A stretch of 60,209 nt of DNA from the NCBI RefSeq assembly GCF_001194135.2, contig NC_068982.1:97004688-97064896 (forward strand), in the 5' to 3' direction. How positions within the stretch are numbered: the stretch's first letter is position 1; the number at the start of each line of letters is the position of its first letter. The position numbers were made by a program, and so were the translations under genes. This DNA is from Octopus bimaculoides. Lineage: Eukaryota. The notes below the pieces were generated by a model. The model ran no database searches, had not been told where the DNA came from, and saw nothing but the letters and a program-made list of their open reading frames with translations. Below are positions 11,951 to 26,324 of this stretch, in pieces.

Positions 11951-12737
11951 TTATTTTTTTAGCTTGGCACTTAGTCTATTGGTTTCATTCATCGGGCTGC
12001 TAAGTTTCAGAGATGTAAACAAACCAATACCAGTTGTTAAGCAGTGTGTGGTCAGACACAAACATAAAAGCATACACACACATACATATGTCATCATCAT
12101 TTAATGCCTGTTTTCCATGCTGGCATGGGTTGGATGATTTAATTGGGTCATATGAGCTGCAGGGCTGAATCATGCTCTACGTCAGCTTTAGTATGGCTTC
12201 TATGGCTGGATATCCTTCTTTACACCAACCACTTTACAGTGTGTACTGAGGGCTTTTTTTCATGTTACCAGCACTTTTGAGTTTGTAAAGATTTGCAAGA
12301 CAGGAAGAGTTTCTACACATGAAGAACTTCTGATTTTAGTTGATCTATGGATTAAATAGTTTATAAATTTGGATATTGGACCATTTAAATCAACTGTCTC
12401 CTTGTTTCATCATTTATTAGTTCTCTCTGCTATTAAAATTGTTTAATTTAACCCTTTTGTGAAAATAATCCTAATGAAATACATTCTTGTATTCTAGTTT
12501 CATGTTTGAACTGTTGTCATGCTAGAGCAGTCTTTATGGCTAGAGTTGATTATATTGACCCCAGTACTTATTTTTCTGGGACGTTTTTATCAATATCTAT
12601 TTGCTGAACTGCTAGATTACATCTTAAGTTTATTTTAATTTTGAAAATAATTAAGAATTTTTAAAAATATAATTGAACTTGGGTCAACCAAAGCCTTGTG
12701 AGTGGATTTGGTAGATGGAAACAGAAAGAAGCCTGTC

Positions 12738-12772
<35 letters not shown>

Positions 12773-15700
12773 GCAATTAAAATAATTTTAATTAAAGAAC
12801 TAGTACTTTATTTTATTTATCTCAAAAGGATGAAAAGAAAAGTTGGCTATGACAGGGGTTGAACTTATAAAGGGAAGTCAGGCATTTTGTCTGATACTAA
12901 TGCTGAATCTATCATTATAATGATTACTAATATTAGTATATGGTTAGGAATTTGGGAGGGGAGTGTAGTTAATTAAATCAATTCCAAAAATACAAATGTA
13001 GTGCCTTTATCAGGATATAAAGTTTTGATCTTTTGGTTAGTGATCGATCATCTGTAGCTGATTTGAGGAAGATAAACTGGTATATAAACTTGATTAGTGT
13101 TAGATGTGGTTTACTTTGGGAGAGAATATTCTGATTTAATAGCATTGTTTTAAACATTATCAATGATAATGGAGTGCCCCAGCATAGCCACAGGCTCGAT
13201 GCCTGTAAAAGAGAAAGCAAAACTAAATCAAAACAAAAAAGAACCAATAAATGAGCCCCTGTTGTTTTGCCCATGATCAATCTGTGAGCAAAGGCATTCC
13301 AAATACGACCATCCCATTTTTTTTGAGTATCTAGGACTACTGTTATCTAATGTGTCATTTTTTTTTTTTATTTAAAATAGAATATTTGAGAGAAATTGCC
13401 TGCTGTTTTTAGCAAGTCCAGAAATCACTTAGAGACTCAAGTTGCTTGATCTGCTTGAGTTAGCAATGAAACCGCCTTCAAATCACACACTACAATTTTT
13501 AAAATGGATGAATATATTGAATATTGTATTTCTTGGTGCACTGTACATAGGTAAAAGGATAGGATGGCCACAGGTGGATTGTTTTTGGTTTAGTCAGGGC
13601 TGATCTGTGGCTAAACTGCAGCAAGAGACAAAAAATGCAAATAAACAACATTCTTAAGTCCTAGTGAACATTGTTGACAATGGCAAAGCTGATGGATATC
13701 TGGTTGATTAAAGCACTCTTGAGATTCAAACACTTAATAAGATTATACTTAATTAATGTTATTTCGGCAGTTCACAACAGTTGATTAAGTAAGAAACTTG
13801 AGAAGTTCTGTCATTAAGTTTTGCCTTTTTCCTCGTTTTTCTTCCCATTAATACACACCACCACCAACACCACCACTGCTGCTGCTGCCTTCATCATCAT
13901 CATCCTCATCATAATCATCATCATTTCAATTATGTAGTAGTAAATCTAGTCTCTTCAATATAACAATCAATACTTAATTGCTATTCTGAAATCAACACAT
14001 GTAGTCTGTTACCTTTTTGTTTGATTTAAAAGAGATTTAACTGCTGTTTCTAGTAGGATGAGTGACTACCTTTGGATACCCCTATGGGCTCAGTTAACTT
14101 CTGATCTTGTAGGAATTTTGGTTGAATCTACTCCAGTTATTTTATCATTCCTGTAGAGATGGAAGTCCATGCAAAAATGATTGGGTTTGAACTCAGAGCC
14201 AAGATGCAAGAAAGTTACTACTGTATTACAATTCATCCAGTGGAATTATTGCTTTCATTGCCCCTAATACTCACATTAAATTTTGGTTTCTTGCATTGGT
14301 ACACAGCTACACATTTGTAAGGAAGGGATGTTATGGAATGTTTTTTTTTTCTCTATCTTTTAATCAGATAGGAAGGCAGTGCTGAATGATTTGTCAGCAG
14401 GTGTCCAAGATTGGTGAGAAGAAAAGAGGAAGATATCATCAAGCTGGAGCCCTGGTCTGAATGTCTATACCACACTGGATTCCATTAAAGTAATCTAAAG
14501 TGCCTGGTGGTGGGCTACTGATTAAGCCTACCATCCAATTGACTCAGATTACTGGTAAATATTTTATTGTTCTAGGATGGCTGAAAGACAAATCTGGTAG
14601 GGTCTGAAGTCATTTTAAACTAAATAATTGATCCATATTTTGGCATAAGGCTAGTGATTTTTAAAGGGAGGTGTTAAATGGTTACATTGACCCCTAGTTT
14701 TTGTCTCATATTTTATATTATTGACCACAGAGGGATAAAAGGTAGAGTTGACTTTGAATTGAACTCAGAACTTTAAGGGTAGGAATAAATTTAGCTAGGC
14801 ATTTTTCTGATACTCTAATACTTCTGCAAGCTCAATGCCTGATGTAAAATTATTTCAGGCATTTTGCCTGACAGTCAACCATTTCTGCCAGTTCAATTTA
14901 CAGTCAAGTATATGTGCCAATGATGAAACTTTTATATCAGTACCTCTCAAAGTAGGTAATATGAACCCTGGGACTCTGGAAAATTTTATATGGGTACCAG
15001 GAATAAAGCGGGGTGTAGGGGTGCACAGTAGATACATCTGTACAGTTTTTTTTTTTGCTTTTATATCCTATTTAAATATTGACTTCAAAAAAATTTCAAA
15101 TGTAACATTATGATAAACTACCTGTTAGTTACAATCACAAGAGTGACAGTAACATTAACAACATCAAAATCATTAATAATAGACTTTAAAATGTGAATAA
15201 GTAAACCAAACTGAATATATACCTCATTTGCTTATAGTAGTGTGTTACTGGGTAGTTAGAACTAAATTACCCTGGTCTGATTTTATGGGTATGTATATTA
15301 AAAACAGGCAGGAAGTGGGGCTTTGAATCATGGCAAGGGTTCAAGCCTTGAAAAACCTGAGTAAAAGAAAAAGGGTGATAGTTAAAAAGTCTGAGAAGCA
15401 CTTATCTGTTAGGTCATTCAAACTGCTAGAAATTGCGGCAAGATTTTCCTCAAATCACACCCTACCATTTTAAAGAAGGAAGAACACAGGATAATGTAGT
15501 CCTATATACATTATGCTTGAGTTAAATATGGGATGGTCATAGTTGGAATACATTTAATCAGATCTATGCTGATACAGAAGTAAATCCTTTCTGTTATAGG
15601 TACAAGGCCCGAAAATTTGGTGGGAGGGGACTAGTCAATTACATCGACCTCGGTGATAAACTGGTACTTTATTTTATTGATCCTGAAAAGGTGAAAGGCA

Positions 15701-16489
15701 AAAATGACCTCAGTAGAATTTGAACTCAGAATATGAAGCTGGAAGAAATGCCACAAAGCATTTTGTTCGGCATACTCACAGCCTTTGACATGGAAGTAAA
15801 CAACATCAAACTATTACCTTACATTACTTTGGTCTTATACTGTACTCTGTCAGCAGATTCTAAATGGTATTTGAAGTTTTTTTTGTTTCATTTATGCTAT
15901 GAAGGCTCATGGTCTAGTGGTTAAGCTTCACTCATGATTGTAAGATCATGATTTTGATTTCTGGACAGGCAAAGCATTGTATTGTTGAATAAAACACTTC
16001 ATTTCACATTGCTCCAGTTCACTCAGCTGTAAATGGATTCTAGCAATAGATGAGAAGTTAACCATGCAATGAACTGATGTTTCATTCAAGAAACAGTATT
16101 GTAATCTCAGTTGCTTATATACCATGGAAACTGGTTTAAGCTCTGGCTTTCTGAGTGCTGGAGTGCATCACAGACCTAAGTCTAAGTCTGTTGTAATCTA
16201 GAGATGGTAAACTTGTAGATTTCTGAAGGGTTAAGTACAGTTTCCTGAAAGAGTATCTGTGCTTGAAAGAAAAGCATTATACTGGACTCTATTTTCATTA
16301 ATTTAATCTTATTTAAAGCTTATCTTTTCAATTAAATATGAAGTTTTGAAACATTTACATTTTTCATTTACACTTAGTATAAATACTGCATTTAAAATGC
16401 AAATCTGAAGTACTTTTCAAAAAATATAAAAAGCAAAAGAGTTCTAAGCTTTCACCTTTTTTACATTTTTTAATTTTTTACTTGTTTCA

Positions 16490-16865
16490 GTCATTAGAGT
16501 GAGGCCATGCTGGGGCGCCACCTTGAAGAATTTTAGTTGAACGAATTGACCCCTATACTTATTTTTTTTCTCTAAGTTTGGTACTTATTCTATCAATCTC
16601 TTTTTTCCAAACTGCTAAGTTACAGGGATGTAAACACACCAACACTAGTTGTCAAGTGGTGACAGGAGACGAACAGATACAAAATTACAGACACACTCAT
16701 ATATGATAGGCTTCTTTCAGTTTCTGTCTACCAAATCCACTCACAAGGCTGTGTCAGACCGGAATTATAGTAGGAGGCACTTGCTCACTCATGGTGCCAT
16801 GCAGTGGGACTAAACCCAGAACCATGTGGTTGAGAAGCAAACTTCTTACCACACAGCCATGCTTT
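16490..16865 (-). mobile_element. SINE family A (decayed)
   Basis: Reverse complement of the family A head and tail. Confidence 0.75.
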
Positions 16866-17698
16866 CACCTATTTTGTTGAATTTTTTTTTTATGAATAAT
16901 TATATAAAATATAATTATAGTTTATAGGATCCATAAAATAAAATTTATAAATAATTATTATAAAATAATAGGTTTTGCAGTGTAAAAATTATCATGAAAA
17001 ATGACTTTGTCAGGAGGCAGTTAACTTCAATATGGTCTTTCATTACAAAATGGTTTCCCAGTATCTGCTCTAATCCATAGGATTAACTTCTTTTCTTGTT
17101 ATTATATTTACAATGTACTGCAGATTATCAATGATTAATTAGGTTAGTGCATATGAAGGCCATGCATAATAGGAAATAATAGATGACATAAATTATATAA
17201 CAAATGATGATGATGACGATACGAGGATAGATAAAAAAAAAAATTTGCAGGCCCTTCAAAATTTGAATGCAGGTTTTAGATATGTAGAATGATTCTCCAT
17301 TTGACCAGAAATGCTGAGAGAGGAGAGTGATGCACATCATCATCATCATCACCATAATTTTTTTACCATCCACTTTTCCATGCATGCATGGTCAGGTGGA
17401 ATTTGATGAGGCAGAAGTTCCATGGCTGGGTGTCCTTCTTGATGCCAATCCTCATGTGTCCCCTAGCAAAGTAATATTTCACTGTGCTTTTGACAGAAGA
17501 TTGTTATCTGTACTTTATTTCACAAGGGTTGGTTAAAACCTCTTCCTCACTCCCCCAAAATAATCAACTATGCCTGATTTTTTTCACAGGTTATGGCTTA
17601 ACAGTATTCCTCTAGGTTTACTTATATGGGAGATTGGCACAGTGAATATAAGCATTGATTGTAGTTTATCTGGCAGGTGCAAGTTCAATCCCTAGGTC

Positions 17699-17742
<44 letters not shown>

Positions 17743-17744
<2 letters not shown>

Positions 17745-18574
17745 AGGTGCAGTGAATAAACTGTCATCTAAATTATGCAAAAATGAAGATACCACTGACA
17801 TCTCATTTTAATAGATATATTTACCAAAATTACATAAAAATATCTTGGAATACTGAAGAGTAAATTTATTCATAAAAATCGTCATTGGCTTCCACCATGG
17901 CCTCCAGATGACTTCAGAATCACCTGCAATACTTCTGGACAGTTTCCTTGTCTAATTTGGTGAATGCTACCATAATCTTCACCTTCAGCTCATCTTTGGT
18001 GTTACAAGAAGTTTTGTTGGTCTCCTGCTCAACTGCACCCCACACATAATAATCAAGGGGTTTGCAGTCTGGAGAGTTAGGTGGCTAGATGATAGGGGTG
18101 ATGTGGTCACAGAAATTGTCTGACAGCCATGACTGGGTTCTCCTGTTTGTGTGGCATGGTGCAGAGTCTTGACCCAGGGCAGCACTACCTCATCCAGGCA
18201 CTTGATGTAGGCCTCCATGTTGAATCTGAGGCTGTGTGGAATGATGATTGGAAGTATAACGTCACCATCACTGGTGATTACTTCAGACACCATGATGTTG
18301 ACTGGATGTTTGACTTTTATTAGTTTCAGTACATGTCCTCAGATTGATACCCAAACACTCTGAAATGTTTGTATTGGAGCTTCTGGCATAAATGCCAAGC
18401 AGCACAGCATGTCTTTTCCAAATTTCTGGCTGAGTGAACTGTGTCATGGTGCTGTTTTTCTCACAGATGGTGCCCAACTGACCCTACCATACTGTGTAGT
18501 TGACAAAATAAAAAAACAAACAATGTGCATGCATGAAATTAAAAATATAAAATGGTGACAATTTAGCCATCACA
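17743..18574 (-). mobile_element. maT/DD37D-like mariner, internally deleted
   Basis: Terminal repeats as at 8908. Transposase remnants MEAYIKCLDEVVLPWVK and an SPPNSPDCKPLDYYVWG-like motif. Confidence 0.8.
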
Positions 18575-18584
18575 CTATATATAT

Positions 18585-20035
18585 CACCATCATCATCATC
18601 ATTTAACGTCTGTTCTTCATGCTGGCATGGGTTAGACGGTTTGACCGGGGCTAGTAAGCCAAGAGGCTGCACCAGATTCCAGTCTGATTTGGTATGGGCT
18701 CTATGGCTGGATGCCCTTCCTAATTCCAGCTACTCTGAAAATGTAATGGTTGCTTTTACATGCCACTGGCACAGGTGCCAGATACATGACACTGGTATCT
18801 GCTACGACTATGATTTCACTTGGTTTGATGGGTCTTCTTCTCAAGCACAGCATATTGCTTAAGGTCTTGGTTGTTTATCATTGTCTCCATGAGGCCCAAC
18901 ACTTGAAAGGTGCTTTTAACATGCAACCAGCATGGGTGCCAGTTACGTGCCACCAGCACCAGCCATAACTACAATTTCACTTGGCTTGTCAGGTCTTCTC
19001 AAGCATGGCATGTCATCAAAGGTTTCAGTCATTAGTCATTGCCTCCGTGAGGGCCAAATTTCGAAGATCATGCTTCATCACCTTGTCCCATATCTTCCTG
19101 GGTCTACCTCTACCACAGGTTCTCTCCACAGTTAGAGACTGGCACTTCTTTACACAGCTGTCTTCATTGATATGCATCACATGACCATAGTGCAGTTGTC
19201 TCTCTTGCACACCATATCTGGTGCTTCCTATGTCCAACTTTTCTCTCAAGATGCTTACACTCTGTTGTACATGCACACTGACATTGCACATCCAGCAAAG
19301 CATACTAGCTTCATTTCTTTCAAGCCTATGCATGTCCTCGGTGGTCACAGCCAATGTTTCACTGCTGTGTTTGCACAGGCGTCATACTGTCTGCCTTTCA
19401 CTCTGAGAGGGAGACCCTTTGTTGCCAGCAAAGGTAGGAGCTCTCCGAACTTTTCCCAGCCTAAACTTATTCTCAGAGCTATGCTCTCGGAGCATCCACC
19501 TCCGCTACTAACTTGGTCACATAGATAATGGCAGCTATATACTACCTCTAGCTTACCACCACCCCCTTGCAGTTGATGGAGTCTATTTTCTGTACATTTT
19601 TAGTGTTTATTGCACCTGTGCACCTTCCAAAAAATCTATTTTCCCAGTTAACCTTTCTCTGATTTTGCTGCACCTCTTATGTGTCCATAGCTTGCACTGG
19701 GTACATCTTATGGAATTTCTACCAAAGCCTTTTCTACAGATCAAGCGGGGCCATCTACCTGAAGGGATTTGTGATTTGTCTGCTCTCCTACTTATTATGA
19801 CTTTGGTTTTTGCTAGATTAACTCTAAGGTCCTTTATTCCAGACCTTGCTTCCACGCCTAAAATTTCTTCTCTAGCTCTGGTAGTGATTCAGCTATAAGA
19901 ACAAGGTCATCAGCACAGGGGAGCTCCCAGGGGTAGCCAGACTTAAATTCGTCTGTTATTGCCTGGAGGATTATGGACAAGAGGGGGCTGATGACTGATC
20001 CTTGGTGAACCCCTACTTGTACTCTGAATTCTTCA
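18585..20035 (-). mobile_element. 5'-truncated RTE LINE
   Basis: Minus-strand VGVHQGSVISPLL, ADDLVL, a CTQCKLWTHKRCS Cys/His segment, MHRLERNEASML and RGRPRKIW, then a (gat)n tail. Confidence 0.85.
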
Positions 20036-20826
20036 TATATATATGTAAGTAGTTATCGTAACTTTATATTTTCCGACGCTACTCTATCTCCTTCTCTTTC
20101 TCTTTCTCTTCCTCTATCATTTTTTCCCCCTCTCGTTGCTCACCTATTCTTCTACTTCCTCCCTTTGTTTCTCCCTCTACCACTCTCTCTCTTCCCCTTA
20201 CACCGGCATGGTCACATGCTTCCTGTCAATAATCCTTTTCTTCCTTGGCTATCGCCGAGCAAACACTCGAACTACTTCGTCCCTACTTTCAAGATTGTGC
20301 CTCACAGCGTTCATACACACATAATTTTTCTCGTCTGGCCGTAAAGCCTTTTCTGTTTGTTTTCCTGTCTTGTTTTTTGTCCGCCACTACATTCCTCCAT
20401 GGCAAGATTTAATTTGTGTATACAAATTTAATTTGCGGTCCATGGGAAGAGCCGTTTTAACGATGCGTCCTGCCCAGCTCTTCGAAACGCTGGTGTTAAA
20501 ACGGGGGTAGCTGATGAAGAAGAATGTTCTCTATGTGACTTGTGTGTTTTCTCGTCTACGTTTTGTTTGCAATGTCCTGTACCCAGATATGCACCTATAC
20601 ATACAGGTGGATGTCGGTATGCANNNNNNNNNNNNNNNNNNNNNNNNNNNNNNNNNNNNNNNNNNNNNNNNNNNNNNNNNNNNNNNNNNNNNNNNNNNNN
20701 NNNNNNNNNNNNNNNNNNNNNNNNNNNNNNNNNNNNNNNNNNNNNNNNNNNNNNNNNNNNNNNNNNNNNNNNNNNNNNNNNNNNNNNNNNNNNNNNNNNN
20801 NNNNNNNNNNNNNNNNNNNNNNNNNN

Positions 20827-21120
20827 ATATATATATATATATATAAAGATGAGAATGTGTGTGTGTGAATCCCTAAAACTTGAGAACTACACCACCAATT
20901 TCATTCAAATTTTACACATGCCTTACTTAGGGTCCATGTAGTGTCTTAGGCCAAAAATTTTTTTAACTTCTTGTCTACTGCGAGCCCAGAGCAATATCTT
21001 ATCTCCTCTACTATTGCAGTATTACATGTCAAAAGTGAAACAATAACATCTCTATTGTAATGTCAAATATTTTCACTTTAATAGTTTCACTTTAATACTG
21101 AAACTATTAAAGTGAAACTA
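20827..21120 (+). mobile_element. Helitron-like non-autonomous element, 5' part
   Basis: tatatatataaagatgagaatgtgtgtg...ccaatttcattcaaattttacac resembles the 5' architecture of non-autonomous Helitrons (recalled, not searched). Confidence 0.45.
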
Positions 21121-21454
21121 TTATCTCACATATATATACAAGCATACATACATATATACATACTTACATATATATAATATATATATGTATATATATATAT
21201 ATCTGTATATATCTGCACAAATGTATATATATAGATGTATATATATATATATACATACAAGTATATATATAGATGTATATGTATACATCTATATGTATAG
21301 GTGTATATGTATAGATGTATATATATTGATATAGATGTATATGTATACATGTATATGTGTAGATGTATATATATATAGATGTACATATAATATGTACATA
21401 TATATATACACATATATACATGCTTACATATAAACACATACACACACACACATA

Positions 21455-21765
21455 GGTGCAGGTGTGGCTGTGTGGTAAGAAACTTAGTTCCAAAACACAT
21501 GATCCTGGGTTCAGTCCCACTGTGTGGTGACTTGGCATGTGTCTTCTGCTATAGCCTCAGACCAACCAAAGCGTTGTGAGTGGAATTTGTAGACAGAAAC
21601 TGAAGGAAATCAATTGTATGTATATATGTAAGTGTATGTGTGTGTCTTTGCCTCTGTGTTTATCCCTCATCACTGCTTCACAACTGCTGTTCATTTATTT
21701 ACATCCCCATAACTTACTGGTTTGACAAGAAACTGATAGAATAAGTACCAGGCTTATCAAAATAA
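21455..21765 (+). mobile_element. SINE family A (CpG-decayed)
   Basis: aggtgcaggtgtggctgtgtggtaag head; gatagaataagtaccaggctt tail. Confidence 0.75.
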
Positions 21766-21916
21766 AAAAAAAACACTAGGCAGTGTCTCATATTTTTCTT
21801 TGCCCACTCAGTTGTATCTATCAATCTATCTTTTTGTATGTGTGTGTGTGTGTATATATATATATATCTAATACACACACACACACATACATGTATGTAT
21901 ATGTGCATATTCATAT

Positions 21917-22520
21917 CTTTTATATAAAAGTCAATGTCTTTATGTGTGTTCGTTATGTTACTTATACATTCGAAAACTGCTGCACCGATCCTAATGAAAT
22001 TTGGAACACAAAATCCAAGCCTAGGGAGAAGGGTAATGCTGTGCGTTTCACACAATTTCATGGACCAAAATTACTGAATGGATCCTTATGATATTTGGAA
22101 CTTAGATTCAATGCATAAGGGCGGGTATAATGCAGTATGTTTGGTTTGAATTTGAGATGGCTTAAAGGGGGCAGAATCTTCATGAAAATTCATAAATTTT
22201 CGATGTTGATGAAATTTCAACCATGGGTAATTAACACACATGAAGAAGTATTCTCAAACTTTCCACTTCTCATGAGGATTCTAAGACCCCCTAATGGGGG
22301 CCTTAACTCTCAAATTTTAGCCATTTAAAAAAATCCAGAACTAGGTCAAAAGTACTGAATGGATCTTTATGAAATTTAGAAATTATATTCTATGCATAAG
22401 GGCCATAACCCCCATGAAAATTCATATATTTTTGCTGTTGATGAAATTTTAACCATAGATATTAGACACAAATGAAGTAATATTTCTAAAATTTCATCTT
22501 AGAAGTTAGAAAGACCTCTT
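21917..22520 (+). mobile_element. Helitron-like non-autonomous element with internal degenerate repeats
   Basis: Starts a|tctttttatataaaagtcaatgtc...ccgatcctaatgaaatttgg. The atgcataagggc...catgaaaattcat block occurs twice. Confidence 0.5.
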
Positions 22521-24010
22521 CATGCAGACTTAACACTCACAATTTAGTCATCTTATCTAAGCAAAGATGAATACAGTTGTACTCTTGGAAGCTGTAGGGT
22601 CACCCGAGCACAAAAGATGAGCGTTATTTGTAATTCAATGGTACAACAGTGTAAGAGTTTGCTTTGAGATATACTTAGATTGTGATTTCTGCAAAGTGGT
22701 GCATAAATTGTCAAGTAAATGAGAGGCATCTTTGCCTCCACTGACTCAGTTGCAAAGTGTTGAGTAAAGTTATTTTGTTGTAGACCTCCTTTGAATCTTT
22801 TTATTATGACTGGGTCACACATAGTCCCCACATGGTAACATTGATTTCAAGGCCTTCCCAGACGAGTGACTGGTTATTCAAAGACATTTATAGATTGTAA
22901 ATTTATTCTGTCCAGTTACCTATCGGTATAGTGGTCAGTTGCAAACTCTAGAGGTAACACTTTCATTTCCCCTTAGCCCTCACATCACACAGTTGTTAAT
23001 GTTTATTTGAGTTGGGTCACGCCCTTCCAATTCCTATACAACTAAGGCTTCCACACAGTTTTCATCAACCAAATTTAATCACAAGGGATTGGTTGGCCTG
23101 GGTCTATAGCAGAAGACTATAGCAGCTGTGCAGTGGGACTGAACCCCAAACCATAAGGGTTGTAAAATGAGCTACTTTAATTACATTCTGAATCCAAATG
23201 CTTTTTACATCAACTTTGCCGTTCATCTTTTTGGGGTCAATAAAATAAAGTACAAGTCAAGTAGTGGGGTCAATATAATTGATTAGCCTCCTTCCCTAAT
23301 TATAAGCCTTGTGCCTATAGTACAAAGAGTTATTAACTTTGTGTTATGAGGGCTAGCCTGGGGCTAAATACCAACAACACACAACTATTACTACCAGCCT
23401 TCATGATACACACAAGCAACACATTAAATATACACATATAATCATGTACAAAGAATACAAGCAGCAACATGCACACACACACACATGCAAACACACTATT
23501 CACAACACATTCACACATTTTTAATCATAGAAATATGGTGAACATAAAACAAAAATAAACAAGCTTTATGAATTATTTTATTTTATTCATTCTGTAAGTG
23601 AAAATATTTGTTCTAAATTGATGAAATCTAAATGGTTAGGATGTTGGACGACCAGTTGATGAACCATAAGTTTAATCCCAGACATGAAAATTGGTTGAGG
23701 TTTGTAACAAATTTAGTTCTTCAATGAACCTTGATGTTTTATCAAACTGAATCCAAGTTTCTATAGATTCAGGTGGGTAAAATGTCAAATCTCTCATTGA
23801 AATGATGCTGCTAAATGACATACGACCCAGACAACAGATTGTTTATTACAAGTTGGTTGATTCAATTTAATATCATTCTTCCATCTTTACTTCTTCTCAT
23901 CTTTCATACTTTGTCTTTATAACTGCATGAATTGTTTTCTTAGTTAATGGATTCTTAAGTAACTTTGCAAAAGGTAAAATTCAGATCTTGTTATTAGCAT
24001 GCATTGTTGT

Positions 24011-24158
24011 TTAGCACACATGTAAGTCAACAAAATGTGCCTTGTTTTTAAACAACGGCCCCCAACCATTATTGTTGCTGCTGTCTTCTGTTTGTTCTCT
24101 GTGTATAGAGATTTGGTTGACTTTGTGTGTCCATTCTATCTTCTTATTAGGACTCATT
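24011..24158 (-). CDS. Candidate coding exon of an unidentified minus-strand gene
   Basis: Acceptor ttgttttctttttctccactag. The only open frame (MSPNKKIEW...GWGPLFKNKAHFVDLHVC*) is phase-2 compatible with the upstream candidates. Confidence 0.25.
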
Positions 24159-24566
24159 CTAGTGGAGAAAAAGAAAACAAGTGAAAATAATCGTTTTTAG
24201 TAGAAGCATACATGTTTCAAACACATTCATTTAAATAAAATATGGGTATTGATACATATGAATCATAAATGATGTTTGGTAGAAGTTAATAGGTTTAATA
24301 TTTTTATATATAGATTATTCCCAGCATTTTAAATGTTATTTTATCAATTATATTACTGTTTTGCTAAGAGGAAAGACATTAATCCTAAATCATGGAAAGG
24401 GGCTTCTTGAATCAGAAAAGTGGTAGGAATAGATAAGATTGATGTGATTGATAAGGAAAAAAACATTTCCTCATATTTTTTCCCTTCCTTGCTGAAAAAA
24501 GTGCCTTGTGCCATTTTAAAAGAAATGAATGTAAAAGGTTAAGTGAGTTAATATATAATAAGTTAC

Positions 24567-24623
24567 CTTAAGAAGGGACTTTCTAGGATCAAATCACTTT
24601 TGTATGAATGAGAACTGAGAATT
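24567..24623 (-). CDS. Candidate 57 nt coding exon of an unidentified minus-strand gene
   Basis: cttctacattcag acceptor and AAG|GTAACT donor. The single open frame ILSSHSYKSDLILESPFL is phase 2-2. Confidence 0.25.
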
Positions 24624-26324
24624 CTGAATGTAGAAGTTTGAATCATATCTGAAATTTCTATGGTTTGTTTGCAAGAAAAAGCATTTGTTTGTGTGTCAAT
24701 ATGTTTGTGTTTGTGAGTGTATGTAACCTGGTGCCTTTTGTTGAATTTTGCACCCATAAATTTCATGACCTTTTCTTTGTAATGATGACATTTGACTTAT
24801 CAGAAATACTATTTTTCACAATTTGAATCCAGGGCATAAACACAGAAAGAAAGTAAGGTTAGGTAGTGTTAGGATATAATGGTTTCCAATAGCTATAAAC
24901 TTTAAAGGGCTGACAATATTTGCTTTGGAATTTACAGCTAAATATTAACACTGTGCTGCCAATAAAACTTTAATAATACCATCTCATTTATAGGAGAACT
25001 AAGAGTGAAAATGGCTAATTATGTGTGTTAAACATTATGAATACTTTCATCAAGCTGAAAATTTTGAAATGTTTAATGAGTTTGGATTAACAGACTAGAC
25101 TACCACTATCTTACATAGGTGAACTCAGCAATTATCTAATGTTTCAAGAAACTTGTAATTTCACATACCTTGTGTTTATTTCAATAGGATTCTGAATGCT
25201 GACTTCTTTAGGCATCTTTCTTTCTAATAATAGTTTCATGCACACACAAGAAATTAATCCAAACTGAAAATAAAAAGATTTTTGTTAAATGTCTAAAGAG
25301 ATTAAACATTAATGATTAAATTAAATATTTAAACACAAATAAATGTTTTTCTTTCATCACCATAATCATTATTTTAACTTTCATTTACTATACCATCATG
25401 GGTTGGATATAACAGTCATGTATGGTTTTTTTTTTTTTTCATATATTTTAATCCTATACAGCATTTCATTTATGTGAAATTCAAAGTTCCCAAACCTGCT
25501 CTAATCACTTGATCATTTTGAACTTAGCTCACATTTTCATCCAGCATGCATCATTCTTTCAAATTAACCTCCTGCAAGCACTTGAAAATTATTTAAGTGT
25601 TTTCTCCATTTCCGCATGTGTAGAATTATCGTGAAACAGCAAAAGGATCATGGCATGTGAAGCCCTCACCACGAAACTCGATATGCTAAAAATAACAGTT
25701 AAATGTCTGGAGAATTTTTCGTGTTTGTGTGTGTGTGGCATGCACAACAATTTCTACAGCTTATCTGAATGAACACAGGAAGAAGTACACAGAAATATAT
25801 TTTACAAACCTGTCGTAAACGTTGGTTTTGTTTTTTCGCTTTAAAGGTAAATGATTCTGATAGAACCAATTACCTTGTCAATTCATTGAATTAATCACAA
25901 CAAAATACTACAGGTTTAGTCACTGGCTCAGCACCTATATTTGTGTTCTTCATTCCAAAATAATAAAAACTTTAACATACTTCCAAAATGGGACTTCGTC
26001 CATGTGTATCCATGTGCGTATATATGCAGGTGTGTGTGTGGGGGTGGGGGTGCAAGAAAAACATTTACAGAAATGAATTTGCACAATGTTACACTTCTGA
26101 ATTTTTTTTTAATTGTGACAATCAAACAAAAATTTACTGCCAAAATTAATTTCCCTTGCATTTTCTCTCTTATTCAATATTCAATTAAAAGAGAGAATAT
26201 GTTGTTACCAACGTTAAAACATTAGTAACTTGACTGATCAGTCATTGAACCAGAATTTTAATTGCATTTGATACACACTTTGCTATCATTTATATGGAGA
26301 ATTGCAAACATGGCATATAAAGAT

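Noticed and set aside
14835-15113. 92 aa ORF
   Set aside because: No recognisable domain or splice support, and it begins in decayed SINE sequence.
20483-20517. Possible type II hammerhead (GAAAC...CTGATGA)
   Set aside because: No consistent stem I or II can be formed around the core words; kept only as an unclassified hairpin.
22553-22831. 92 aa ORF with LTIYAP (LINE endonuclease-like word)
   Set aside because: It is a single short motif with no other endonuclease motifs visible.
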